Assembly: GCA_023515725.1 (NCBI GenBank)
Contig: JALDTO010000142.1
Span: forward strand, 124,001 to 188,000
Direction: 5' to 3'
Length of the DNA: 64,000 bases
From: Amoeboaphelidium protococcarum X5
Lineage: Eukaryota; Fungi; Aphelidiomycota
In this document: in pieces, positions 27,404 through 39,710 of the stretch
How the letters are laid out: each line of letters starts with the position of its first letter
Position numbering within the stretch: the stretch's first letter is position 1
The notes under the pieces: generated by a model
Databases searched by the model: none
What the model was told of the DNA's origin: nothing
What the model saw: the letters and a program-made list of their open reading frames with translations, nothing else
Position numbers and translations under genes: made by a program

Positions 27404-30400
27404 ATGACTGCATATACGGATCCATCACTTAAAATTGGTATGGAGTCATTGAGAGTTGATGATGATTTAAGCGCTAGAGTGAATGATGACTTTAATCAAA
27501 GTAGTATCCATGCTGAATCCGAACGTGATTATCAGGTGTCATCTTAATCTTTGGACCAAGATTCTGCGGTAGCAAGTGCAACATCTTGCTCGTATTGTCA
27601 TATTTCAGATCCGCATTCTGTGGTCAAGTGTATGGTGTGTAACAAGTGGTTCTGCAATGCGCGAACTGGTACATCCGCGTCTCACATTATTCATCATCTT
27701 GTAAAGTCGCGTCATAAATAGGTTCACCTACATCCTGATTCTGCATTGGGCGATATTGTTCCCGAGTGTTACAAATGCGGATGTAAAAACGTATTTCTGC
27801 TTGGATTTATACCGGCAAAGGCGGACACTGTGGTGGTAATATTGTGTCGTTAGCCTTGCGCGTCCATCTCCGCCTCCAAAGATATGGAATGGGATCTTAG
27901 TCAATGGTAGGCGCTGATTGATGACAGGTCGTTTCTATCTTGGCTGGTGCGTGTACCTAGTGGGCAGGATGTTTCTAGATCGCGAAGATTAACCGCCACT
28001 TAGATGAATAAGTTGGAAGAGTTATGGCGTGATGGCCAGGTGAATGCAGATGTAGATGACTTGGATAGAGTGGATGTGTAAGATGATATTGCCCCGGTGC
28101 AGTCGAAGTATTAGGATGCATATCAGTTCTAGAATGTCTATACTCCCCTGGTACTGCTAGAGGCTGAGTATGACCGTTCGGTGAAAGAACAATAAACTCA
28201 GGATGAGGTGACTGTCAGATGGGAATAGGGATTGAACATGAAATGGACTGCCAGCTTTTATCTTGCCAACTATTTGGAAGGCGAGGTGCGTCTCACTCTT
28301 GGTGATGAAGTAAGATTGAAGTATAATGGTGGTGTGTGCAGGGCATGGTCTGCCGTGGGAAATATTGTCAAGTTGCCCAATTCTCATACCAACGAGATCT
28401 CGGTTGAGTGTCGCAGGCCAGATGTTAATATTAATTGCACCATATTCTCCATTGAAATCGTATGGAATAGTGCCACATTTGACCGTTAAGTGGCTGCGTT
28501 GCGCAAATTTGCTGTGGATGCCAGCTGTGTGAGTCCTTACTTGTACAATCGATTGTTGGGCCATGAAGTTTAGGCTCAGACTTTGAAGGTGAATATTCCG
28601 CGCAATCTCGCAGTGCCCGGCCTGGGAGATCTTAATCATTCACAAGCATTCGCCATCAAAAGTGCTATGCAGCGACCACTATGTCTCATCTAAGGTCCAT
28701 TCGGCACAGGTAAAACTATGACAGCGGCGGCTCTAGTCTATCACTTGAACAAGAACCTGAAATAGAACGAAGGAGGTGCTCAGATTCTGGTGTGTGCCCC
28801 ATCGAATGTTGCCGTAGATTAAATGGCGGAGTAGATTCACAAGACCGGTCTGAAGATTGTACGCTTGGCGGCGCGTAATCGTGAGAATATTGAGAGCAAT
28901 GTCGAGTTTCTCACTCTACACAGCCAGGTGCGAAATTTGGAAGCTGATACAGAGCTGCATCGTTTATGGAAGTTGAAAGAGCAGCAGGGAGAACTGACAC
29001 GGAAAGATGAAGAGACATTGAAGCGTTTGGTGCGTAAAAATGAAAAGATGTTCCTAGCCGCGGCAGATGTTGTGTGTACTACATGTATTGGTGCTGCCGA
29101 TCCTCGTTTAAAAGATCTCAAGTTCAAGACGGTGTTGATTGATGAAGCTGGGCAGGCCACGGAACCAGAAGCTTTGGTATCCATTGTGAATGGATGTAAG
29201 TAGTTGATTCTTGTTGGAGATCACTAGCAGTTAGGCCCTGTGGTGATTAACAAGAAGGCGGCCCGTGCTGGATTTACCCGTTCCCTTTTTGAGAGAATGG
29301 TTTTGCTAGGTGTTCGACCTATACGTTTGCAGGTGCAGTATCGAATGCATCCTTGCTTGAGTGAGTTTCCATCCAATCTGTTTTATGAGGGGTCTCTGTA
29401 AAATGGAGTGTCCGCTGATTAGAGAATCCGGAAGGATATTGATTTTCCATGGCCTAATAAGGCGATTCCGATGATGTTCCATGTGAATATTGGTCAGGAG
29501 GAGACAGCATCGACTGGTACATCGTTTTTGAATAGAACTGAAGCTGCGAATGTCGAGAAGATTGTCACCAAGTTCTTGAGATGTGGTGTAAAGCCGCATC
29601 AGATTGGTGTTATCACGCCGTATGAAGGTCAGAGAGGATTTGTGGTGCAGTACATGAAGATGAGCGGTAATATGCCTCGTGACTTGTATGAGCAGATTGA
29701 GGTGGCCTCAGTTGATGCTTTCCAGGGAAGAGAGAAGGATTACATCATTTTGACTTGTGTACGTAGTAATTCTCATCAAGGAATCGGTTTTCTGAATGAT
29801 CCTAGGCGTCTAAATGTGGCATTGACTAGAGCTAAGTTTGGTATGGTGATTTTGGGTAATCCGCGTGTCTTGGGCCGTCATACAATGTGGCATTAATTGT
29901 TAACTCACTTCAAGTAGTAGAAAGTTTTGGTAGAAGGACCGCTTGGTAATCTGCGACAGTCTTTTTTTCAACTACCGGCACCTCGCATCGTGGCAAATAA
30001 TAAAGATTCAGTAGATGGGAAGGAGAATGGTTAGTAGCAGTAGCAACAACGTTAATACGTGGATTACTTCAATTTGACTGCAGGAACATCGACTGATGGT
30101 ATGAAGGGAGACGTGATGTCTATTGGCAGTCAGTATTCCGTACCGAATAGTCAGGACTTGTCTTTATATCTAAATAGCGCTGGCATTGTTGGTGGCGGCG
30201 GCAATAACTTGTTCAGTTTTAGCACGATGAATAGTTAGCTCTAGTCTCAGGATGGAATAATGTTAAGTCAAGGTACTGGCGTCAATTTATCGTAATCAAC
30301 AGTCACGTCATTAAGTAATAAGAATAATTCATCTAGGGTTGGTGGCGGCAATCTCAATTTCGGATATGCCAATAGTGGTGATGATGAAGAGAGTGACGGT

Positions 30401-30445
30401 TATGCGACTCAATTTAGTCAACTCTCTGGATACACTGAATATTGA
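27404..30445 (+). CDS. UPF1: Nonsense-mediated decay helicase Upf1
   Basis: 1013 aa. CH domain [40 protein letters not shown](TAG)PC, LIQ(TAA)[12 protein letters not shown](TAG)[34 protein letters not shown]-rich tail. Confidence 0.96.
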
Positions 30446-30563
30446 CATTATGAAGTTTAGAGACACTTAGGATATGTTAACTATTTCTTATTACCAACTC
30501 TTGCTTTTATCATTTACTTTTTGCCTGAAAGTTCGACGAGCTTTAAAGTTTTATAAGCCTGCC

Positions 30564-31523
30564 ATGCTTTCGACTATATAAGCTTCGATCGCGTCACTGT
30601 ACCGCTACATATTAAAGCTCTTTTCTTGGACAAAGCTATTAACATAAAAATAATAATAACTGAGAGTAGATGAGATTTGGGTTTATCCCGTCAAGAGTTG
30701 TGCTGGAATTCTAATGAGGGAAAGCGCGTTTCATTCGACTGGTCTCGCTTGGGATCGACAATGGATGGTAGTCAATGCTGATGGTGAGTTTATGACACAG
30801 CGAAAATATCCTAAGATGTCTTTGATATCTCCCTCTTTCGTTATGGTAAATGATCAAGTCGAAGGACTCAATTTGGCATGTTAGTCCGCATCTAAGGTTG
30901 AAATTTCGGTTAAACTGGCCAGGTCCATCAAGGTGAAGTGTAAGGTGTGGGGTGACACGGTCGATTGCTTCGATCAAGGCGATCAAGTTTCCGCTTGGCT
31001 ATCAGAGATTCTTGGTGTAGAATGCCGACTAGTGTTTAAGGACTAGAACTATAGGAGAACGTTAGATTAAACGTATGTCGTCGACGATGGATATTCATAC
31101 GCTACATAGGCAGCTATGGCTGACAGTTTCCCGCTGTTGATAATAACCAAAGAAAGTATCAGGCGCGTTAATGAGGAATTGCAGTAAAGAGGGAAGTTGA
31201 AGCGGGTGTCATCCTAAAACTTTCGACCAAACATTGTCATCAGTGGTGCTGCGACTGCTTTCGCTGAAGACGGGTGGAAGAGTTTGTAAGTATCTGGCGG
31301 CCAGACTTTAAGTTGCGTGAAGCCTTGTACGCGGTGTGCATTGCCGAATGTAGATCCGGAAACTGGTATTCCTTCTGAGGAAGGCGAACCACTGAAAACT
31401 CTAATGTCTTTCAGACGTGTTGATCCGCGCTTCAAATATCACGCCATTTTTGGTGTTAATGCAGTTCATCGATCTACAGACTTCAGGATAAGCGTCGGCG
31501 ATTTTGTTACTGCTTCACAATGA
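30564..31523 (+). CDS. MOSC domain protein (mARC-like molybdoenzyme)
   Basis: 319 aa. IWVYPVKSCAGI, DRQWMVV..FMTQRKYPKMSLI, DSFPLLI, NFRPNIVISG..FAEDGW, KPCTRC..PNVDPETG. Confidence 0.92.
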
Positions 31524-31799
31524 TTTAGATATAACTGAATTTTCTAATGATATTTTTCTCAAAATTTAGTAGAATAACGTTTGACTGTTGTGGATATCGT
31601 TCGGCTCTACAAGCAAACGCGCATAGACTAGCTGTCGCTTCTTTTCTTCTCTTCTAACGCTATAACGCTTTCTTGCTTACGCTGACTTTGTTTTGATATC
31701 AATTATAAGAGCTAATCTCATATTCTAGATATTATCTATTGTACAGTATTTAGCCGACTCTTTTATTATAATATCTCGTAATATAAAGATTTATCTGCA

Positions 31800-34700
31800 A
31801 TGGAAGATTTTAGTCTGGTGGATGAATGGTTTAAATTAAGCATCCAATAAATCGAGTAGATTGAGAGAATACTTGGTGTGTAGTTTGAATAACCGTAGTA
31901 GTAATAAAATGCTCAGAATCGTAATATCAGTCCGTAATAGGTGATAGATGGTATAAAGGCTCTTCTGCCTCATCCTGAATTATTTGATGCGATTAAGCCG
32001 GTTCTCGAGTCTGATGCGTCTGTGGAAGAATTGCAGAACTCTCTATTCGATATCCTGGGTATGGATGGCTTTGATCTTGTGGGTGTTCTGGTACAATAGA
32101 GATAGAAGATTGTGGAAGCACTGCAGGCTTTATAGTAGTTTGAAGATTCATTGGATGTGCACGCGTAACGAATGCTATAGACCATGAATCGACCGTTGTA
32201 TAGTTCTGACTATGGATAGTATAGAAAGAAAGCGGTGTTATATCCACACATTTATGGTAGTAGTGTGAATTAGTAGATGGACACCATAAAATTATAAGGA
32301 TCCGCTTTATCACTGCCTCCTGGTACAAAGCGACGTAATACAGTTGAATATGAAGAGTTCAATCTGCCGATGCTGGAGAATGATCACAATGGAGCAGGGT
32401 AGTAACATTTGGTGCCTATCACAGATCTGGAACCTTGGACTCGTCCAGTATTTAAGGGATATGTCAGTTTGAATAGAATGTAATCTCTAGTTTATCCGAC
32501 AGCTTATTTTACTAACGAGAATTTGCTGATATGTGCTCCCACTTCAGCAGGTAAGACTGATGTTGCCATGCTCACTATTCTATCTACTATTCGGCATTTT
32601 ATTACATCTGATTTAAGGAAAGCCACTAATGATGATGAGGAGAGCAATAATGATTAGGCTGTAACTATAGCTAAAGATGAATTCAAAATGGTGTACATTG
32701 CTCCAATGAAAGCTTTAGCTACTGAGATTTCTCGAAAGTTTAGCAGGAGATTAGAGCCATTGGGTATTAAGGTGAAGGAGTGGACTGGAGACACTTAATT
32801 GTCACAGCGAGAGGTGAATGAGACCCAGCTGTTTATAGTGACGCCAGAGAAATGGGATGTTATTACGCGTAACACGTCATCTATTGATCCTACAATGGTC
32901 CGTCTATTGCTAATTGATGAAGTACATCTTCTGCATGATGAACGTGGTGCTGTGATAGAGACTTTGGTGGCACGAACTCTACGTCTTGTTGAAAGTTCGT
33001 AATCAATGATTCGCATTGTTGGACTTAGTGCTACTCTGCCGAATAATGCTGATGTCGCTGAATTTCTGGCTGTTAATCCAATGAGGGGAATGTTCTATTT
33101 TGATCAAAGTTTCCGACCTGTGCCATTGGCTTAGAATATTGTCGGTGTTAAAGGAAAGTCTAATAGTTAAGAATCTCGTAAACGCATGAATGATTACGTA
33201 TTCGATCGTGTGGTTGATGTGCTTAAAGAGCGACGCCAGGCTATGATATTCGTTCATAGTAGAAAGGACACTGTGAAGACTGGACAGGCGATGGTTCAGA
33301 TGGCATAGAATGGACATTAACTTCATTTATTTGAGCATACACCTGAAGAGAGATCCGGTATCGTTTATACTAAGGCGGTGTAGGATTTAGCGCGATCGAG
33401 AAATAAGGAGTTGAAATAACTATTCTAGAAGGGTATTGGTATGCATCATGCTGGTATGTTGCGGTAAGATCGTCTGCTTGTGGAGCGTCTGTTCTCTGAA
33501 GGACTACTCAAAGTTCTGGTATGTACGGCGACTCTTGCTTGGGGTGTCAATTTGCCTGCTTATGCCTGTATCATTAAAGGTACTCAGGTTTATGATTCTG
33601 AGAAGGGTGCATTTGTCGATTTATCCATTCTTGATGTGTTGTAGATCTTTGGTCGAGCTGGCAGACCTCAGTTTGAACCCAACGGTATCGCCTATCTGAT
33701 CACTACTCATGATAAATTGGTACATTACATCCAACACTTGTCAATGACTTACCCGATTGAGAGCGAGTTCACAAAGCGGCTCATTGACAATTTGAATGCT
33801 GAAATCTGTGCCACCGGAACGCTGTCTACTGTGGATGAAGCTGCTCAATGGCTAGGCTATACTTACTGGTTTGTGCGCGTGAAGAGGCTTCCTGAATTGT
33901 ATGGCTTCAGAGATTGGGATCCGCGTATAGATCCGCGAATGATTTTGGTGCGTAAAGAAGTGGTGGGTGGTGCTTTGAAGACTTTATCCTCTTCATAGAT
34001 GATCTAATACAATTAGGAGACTGGTGAGATTACACCTCGCGATCTGGGTCGAGTTGCTGCCTAGTATTACCTCAAGCATGAGACAATGGATGTATTCCAT
34101 CAGTAGTTAAAGCAGGAATGTACCGAGGCCGATATTTTGAGTATTCTGGTGCATTGTCATGAGTTTGATGGCATTAAAGTGCGTGAAGAGGAAATCAAAG
34201 AGTTGTAAAATTTGTTGGATAGTGGCTATGCACCGTGTGAGATGTCCTCCACCTTGGACACTGTACAGGGAAAGATTAATGTTCTGTTGTAGGCTTATAT
34301 CAGTAGAGCATAGTTGGATGATTTCACCTTGATATCAGATACTTCTTATTTAGCGCAAAATGTACCTAGAATTCTTCGCGCAATGCTGGATATAGTGATG
34401 AAGCGTCAATGGAGTGTTGCATCTCAGGTGGTGTTGAGTCTATGCCTGGCCGTGGAGAGGAGGATGTGGGGCTTTGAGTCCCCACTTGGCTAGTTTGTGT
34501 TTCCACCCAACCAGTACATGCCTTATGCATCGTTGTTCACCGGTCAGAAGAAGAGCTAGCTGATAACTTTGGATGAGTTTAGAAAAGTGGATAATGCTGA
34601 CTTTACAGATTTTGACTCTTTGCGTGGACTCTCTGTTGAAGATTTGGCAAAGTTGGTCAATCATCCGGGAAGAGGTGAACATTTGTACAAGGTGATACGT

Positions 34701-36317
34701 TATTTGCCGTATTTTGATTTCAAGGTGGAGTGCTATCCGCTCATGCATGATGTTGTGCAAGTCGCCGTGGATATACTGCCGGACTTTGAATGGAATGACA
34801 AGTATAGCGGCTCCATGGAATCCTTCTGGCTTTGGATTGAGGATATGGAATCTGATGAGCTATATGTCTTCGATCATGTCATGATTAACAAGGAATAGTA
34901 CAAATAGAAGTCATTTTAACTGTAATACCATTTGCCGGTCAAGTATCCCCTCAGTTCTTAGGTGTATTTGAGATTTATTTCAGATCGATGGATCGGACTG
35001 GAGAATGTATATCCTGTGGAGCTTAGTGGACTCTAGTACCCTGAAACCCGATACACTGCTCTTCTTGATTTGAAGCCTCTGCCGATTTCCTCTTGTCAAG
35101 ATGGTCTTTTAGAGGCGTATTTCGACTAGAAATGTCAGTACTTTGATCCAATTTAGACTTAGGTGTTTCATAAGTTGTATCACAGCGCTGACAACTTACT
35201 GATTGGTACTTCTGGATGCAACGATTAATTGACTCTGTTGGAATTGGCGCTAGCTCGGTTTAAATCGTAATCTTCTAGTCGCCAAGCCATTAGTAATTGT
35301 GTAATAATTTGTCGCAGCTCAAGTTACGCAGAGGATTTGCTGTAAGTGTTGTAATCTTCTATCTGTGGATTGCTGGAGTCATAATGCAGCCGTTACATTG
35401 ATGGTCGTTCTATATCTGGTCAAAAAGCTGTTGTAGTATTGACCGCTGACGAATATTTATCTTTGCGGTCTTCTATTAAAGATCCACTATCGCTTATAAT
35501 ACTGGATTCTCATACTTATTCGTTGGATAGAATAAAAACTATTGTTGGAAAATACCCAGTTGGCAGATTAGTTGCGTTTAGTGAATCCTTATACAATACT
35601 CAAAAGTTATCTCTGGCGTGTTAGTGCTCAAATTATGGATAAACTTTCAATTTTAGACCAGGTGTTAGACCAATAGATTTATAGATCTAGGTTGACGGCT
35701 TCCCTCATAATCAGCACTTATAACGATAGAGTGCGATGAATAGGCCATTGTTTAAAAGTATGATCAACTCTACCGGTAGTGGTTAAACTTTGGTCATTGT
35801 GCCTAGTAAAAAGCAGCTGGTTAAAACTATGTAGAGCCTCGTGTCTTAATGCGCCACCTCTATCGCTAATCCCAAGAGGTTCTTGAGGATCTATGATGAG
35901 CCGCAGCTGGAAGCTAATCTGGTTAGTATAAAAGATTAAGCATTGAAGTTTTGTCTCCCATTCGGTATTGTGCTGTATCACAGGCAACTTTCCGCCCAAG
36001 ATAAACAGATGGTGTTGAATCTGTTCGTTGATGGACTTGTTGAAGTTTTACTCGCATCAGTAGACTCCATGGATGAGTTACACGGTCGCATTAGAGCATA
36101 ACTCGTGGTGATGAAAGGAACCAGTGTATATAAGATGAAATCATAGCGATATGAAGAATTTGCGTACTGGTAGATCTTGTAAGCTTAATCATTTTGCACT
36201 CAAACAGATAACGTATCATCAGACGAACCAGCCCGATTCCATCTGCTTACGCACGCCAAGAACAAAGCTCTCTACTCTAAATTTCTAAATGAAGGATATC
36301 CTCTAGAAATGAATTGA
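31800..36317 (+). CDS. ASCC3: Ski2-like helicase Slh1/ASCC3 (RQT complex) with a degenerate, truncated second cassette
   Basis: 1505 aa. [76 protein letters not shown](TAA)[13 protein letters not shown]. These residues are Slh1/ASCC3-type rather than Brr2-type. Confidence 0.88.
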
Positions 36318-36672
36318 CATGTATCACGATATTCTTCTAACATGTTGTTGTATTTGATAGAGTTATTAAATCTCTACTCTTAGGTTCATTACAGATAGAT
36401 TTGTTCTCACAATTAACCTGTAAGGAAGTCACGCGCTTAACAATTTGAAACGAATCCCGCCGATTGTCGTCACCTGATTGAGAATTTCTCTGATTGAGTG
36501 ATGCGGAAAGTTTTGTGACTTGAGAGCGTCACATTATTATTGTTTTTATTTGCCTTACAATTCATCGGATATCTCTCAGAATTATTGAAATTTTCTACCG
36601 GGCTGTCTACCAATTATACAGTGAAATTCTAATCATATTATCATCACTTTAACATCAAGAATATTTGAAAGT

Positions 36673-37645
36673 ATGGGTATCATTTAGTTGAAATATCTTG
36701 ATGGTCCAAACGATAAGATCTACGCGTGCAAGAAGTGTAATGCTCATGTGGCTTTACACTCAAAGATTGTTTCAAAGGTATGCTGTACTTTCTCAATATA
36801 GATTGTAGTCATATCAAATATTTTAATTATTATTGTAGAATTTTACTGCATCTACTGGGAAGGCTTATCTCATCGCTGGTGTTGTTAACATTCAACTGAT
36901 TGGATAAGCACAGGATCGTGTGTTGAGAACGGGTCTCCACACTGTGCAAGATGTTTAGTGCATCAAGTGTGGCACAACTATTGGCTGGACGTATATCAAG
37001 GCTTTCAACTAATCAGAGTAGTACAAGGTGGGGAAATATGTACTGGAAAGGTCTCTGATAAAGCTGATCAGTGAAGAGAATGGATTGATGATTAATCGCT
37101 ATCACGGCCGCAGTTACATAGCCGCCAGCAGTAATCAACAGACGCAAATCGGCTCAAATTATCGGAACAATAATGATGTCAGCGAAAACGATGATCACAA
37201 CGACAACGACATTGATTATGAATATATCGCGGAGAATTTGGTCGGCGCTGAAACGATTAATCGGCGCGGCGCTGTTCGTCAAGCCGACCGAGTTGAAACG
37301 GTGAGAAGAGCAACGATGACATCAATTACTCAATCAGCAGATATGTTGGAGGAGGAAGATTAGGATCATGATGGTTAAGATGAAGATGGGGATGGTGTTG
37401 ACCAAGAATATGATTATGATACGGTACTCTAACAGCTGAATGGTTCAGTCCCGAGAAGTGTTGATCCTGTCTTGGCCTTGAGTCCGTGGCATTATCGCGC
37501 ATCTTTCATCAATCACAGCAGTTAGATTAGACTTAATAATAACGCTGATAATAATAATGCTGAGAACTAGGCTAGAAGCGGAAATTAGCAACGCAGGCCA
37601 CAGCATAGAGGGACTCTTGAGTTTCTCTAGTCTCAACTACTCTGA
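36673..37645 (+). CDS. Yippee/YPEL (Moh1-like) zinc-binding protein with a low-complexity acidic tail; exons 36673-36777 and 36839-37645
   Basis: YACKKCNAHV..IVSK/NFT..GKAYL..DRVLRTGLHTVQDVQCIKC..IGWTYIKA..YKVGKYVLE. 61-nt intron at 36778-36838. Confidence 0.88.
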
Positions 37646-37881
37646 CTGCTGCGTGATGTTGGTAGTCCTACCTTCGCGTGTATACTATTGTTATAATCAG
37701 TATTGTTAAGCTTAGTAATGAAATGTGTATTAATATAAATAAAATCTAAGACATGAAAGATGTGTATAGAAGATGAAGATTTATACTAATCACGCTTCAT
37801 ATATATAGCAATAATAAATGTATTTATATATAATGAATCGAGATGTAGAAGAGACATGTGTGCATAATATACACCACCAGA

Positions 37882-38553
37882 TCAGTGTCTTCTCTGCTCA
37901 GCAATGACATTAGACAACTCTTCAATCTTGGACTTGGCTCTCTTCATTGTGCCCAATCTCTTCTTTGCAAGACGCTTAGCTCTCTTATCACGGCTGTTCT
38001 TCAACAATTCAATGGTTCTCTTCTCATATGGAGCAAATCCAGCCACTTCACGGATGATGGAACGCACAAACTTGGTACGAGTTCCCAATCTCTACACACA
38101 ATAATATACGTAAAAATATACGCGATTATATTAGTATAAGTTGATGACACAATCACATCGCCAGCTGAGGCGAGACTATTCAGTTCCATGACGCGTGTTA
38201 TAATAATTCAGTCTAATAACAACAGTAATGATGACAATTGATAAGCGGCTATTTCATTAGTTCGTTTTGATCAAAGACAAAGTCTCATCGTTGTGGTGCA
38301 TGAACTATGTTTAATAATCATCTAATAGCCGCATAGTCATTAATGTTGTTGTTGTTGTTCATTCTAAAAGTAGACTTTTAATTACTTCGACGCGTCCATC
38401 ACAAACTATGAATAGTCTCGTCGTCCTTAGCTGGCAATGTGTGGTGCATCGTAAATAATATCCTACTCCTTTCTTATCTGCCTAGCGTGGCTTCTTCTCA
38501 CGAAGCTCAACATTTCTGCCTTTATTTAATCCAACAGCTAATCCAGTCTTCAT
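37882..38553 (-). CDS. RPL36: 60S ribosomal protein eL36; exons 38553-38467 and 38091-37882
   Basis: [65 protein letters not shown]. 375-nt GTAGGA..TGTAG intron at 38092-38466. Confidence 0.95.
38143..38450. repeat. Long imperfect inverted repeat (fold-back) filling the RPL36 intron
   Basis: 38143-38185 pairs with 38404-38450 (CACATCGCCAGCT/AGCTGGCAATGTG and CGAGACTATTCA/TGAATAGTCTCG). Nested pairs: ACGCGT at 38191 and 38390, GCGGCTATT at 38245 with AATAGCCGC at 38324, AACAAC with GTTGTT, TAGTTC with GAACTA. Confidence 0.85.
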
Positions 38554-38832
38554 TTTCTTTTCTACTTGTGGCACTATATAGTTACTATAACAATAAAGGT
38601 CCACGGTGGAGTTACCGCAAATCCAACAAGGAAGAATTTTCCCGTTGATCAGATTTGCTTCGGTTAAGGTTGAATTTAACGGGGCGCGCGTGTGAAGCTA
38701 TTCCGTTAAGCGTCTTTACGCGTCTAATTGGAGGAGAGTCGTTTCAACTTTTATCAATTCAAAAGGGGCGAAAGTACTAGCACTACTGTGTTTCATTAAC
38801 CATTGGTGGAAGTTTGTATTAGAAGTAAATTG

Positions 38833-39648
38833 ATGACACAAAAGAGGGGACTTTTAATTGTTTTTGAAGGCTGTGATCGAAGCGGAAAGTCTACTTAGTG
38901 TTAGAAGCTGGTGGATGCTTTTAACATTTCTGTAAATAGTGGTAATGAAAACTCTACTGGCATCCAATAACGCGCTGTACTTTAAAAATTTCCAGACAGG
39001 ACAACTAGTACTGGTCAGATTCTAAATTCTTATCTTCAACGGAAACCCAAAGCAATAGTAGATGAAGAATAAGATCTAATGGATGGAATTGGCGATAAGC
39101 ATATGATGCATCTTTTGTTTAGTGCCAACAGGTGGGAGCAGTTTGATCAAATGAAAAAGACGCTCTAAAGTGGGAGACATGTAATTTGTGACCGTTATGC
39201 GTATAGTGGTGTTGTATACTCGCACGTTGCACTCGGACTTGATTTGTAATGGTGTATGCAGCCTGATAAAGGACTTTTAAGACCTGATATTGTTTTTTAC
39301 ATGGATTCTAATTATGCTAGTGCTGAAAAAGAAGTTTCAATTCAGAATCGAGATGGATTTGGAGATGAACTATATGAACGTGCAGATTTATAGCAAAAAT
39401 TAAATGACACTTTTAAAAGAGTGGCCATGTCTGGATTTGAGAAAATTTTCGCGGTCTAAGAAAGTCAACTATTATATTAGCGAGATAATTGTGTGAAAGG
39501 CTCATCGTTTACTCGAGCTCATCAGCAGTGGGTTGTTGTCGATGCTAATAGAAGCATTGATGAAATTCATGAATCAATCTGGAGTGTTCTGCAATAGGGT
39601 ATTTCGAAATTGTAAGAAAATGAACTTTTATATGATCCGTTCAATTGA
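38833..39648 (+). CDS. CDC8: Thymidylate kinase
   Basis: 271 aa. RGLLIVFEGCDRSGKSTQ(TAG), FPDRTT, HLLFSANRWE, ICDRYAYSGVVYS, GFGDELYE. Confidence 0.95.
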
Positions 39649-39710
39649 TATTGTTGAAAGAGAGTTAAATATAAATGTTTTTAACATTGATACCATATGT
39701 TCATAATATA

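Noticed and set aside
38208-38322. Box C/D snoRNA inside the RPL36 intron
   Set aside because: The sense strand has CTGA boxes but no canonical RTGATGA box C, and the region is better explained by the long fold-back. It is not fully excluded without Infernal.
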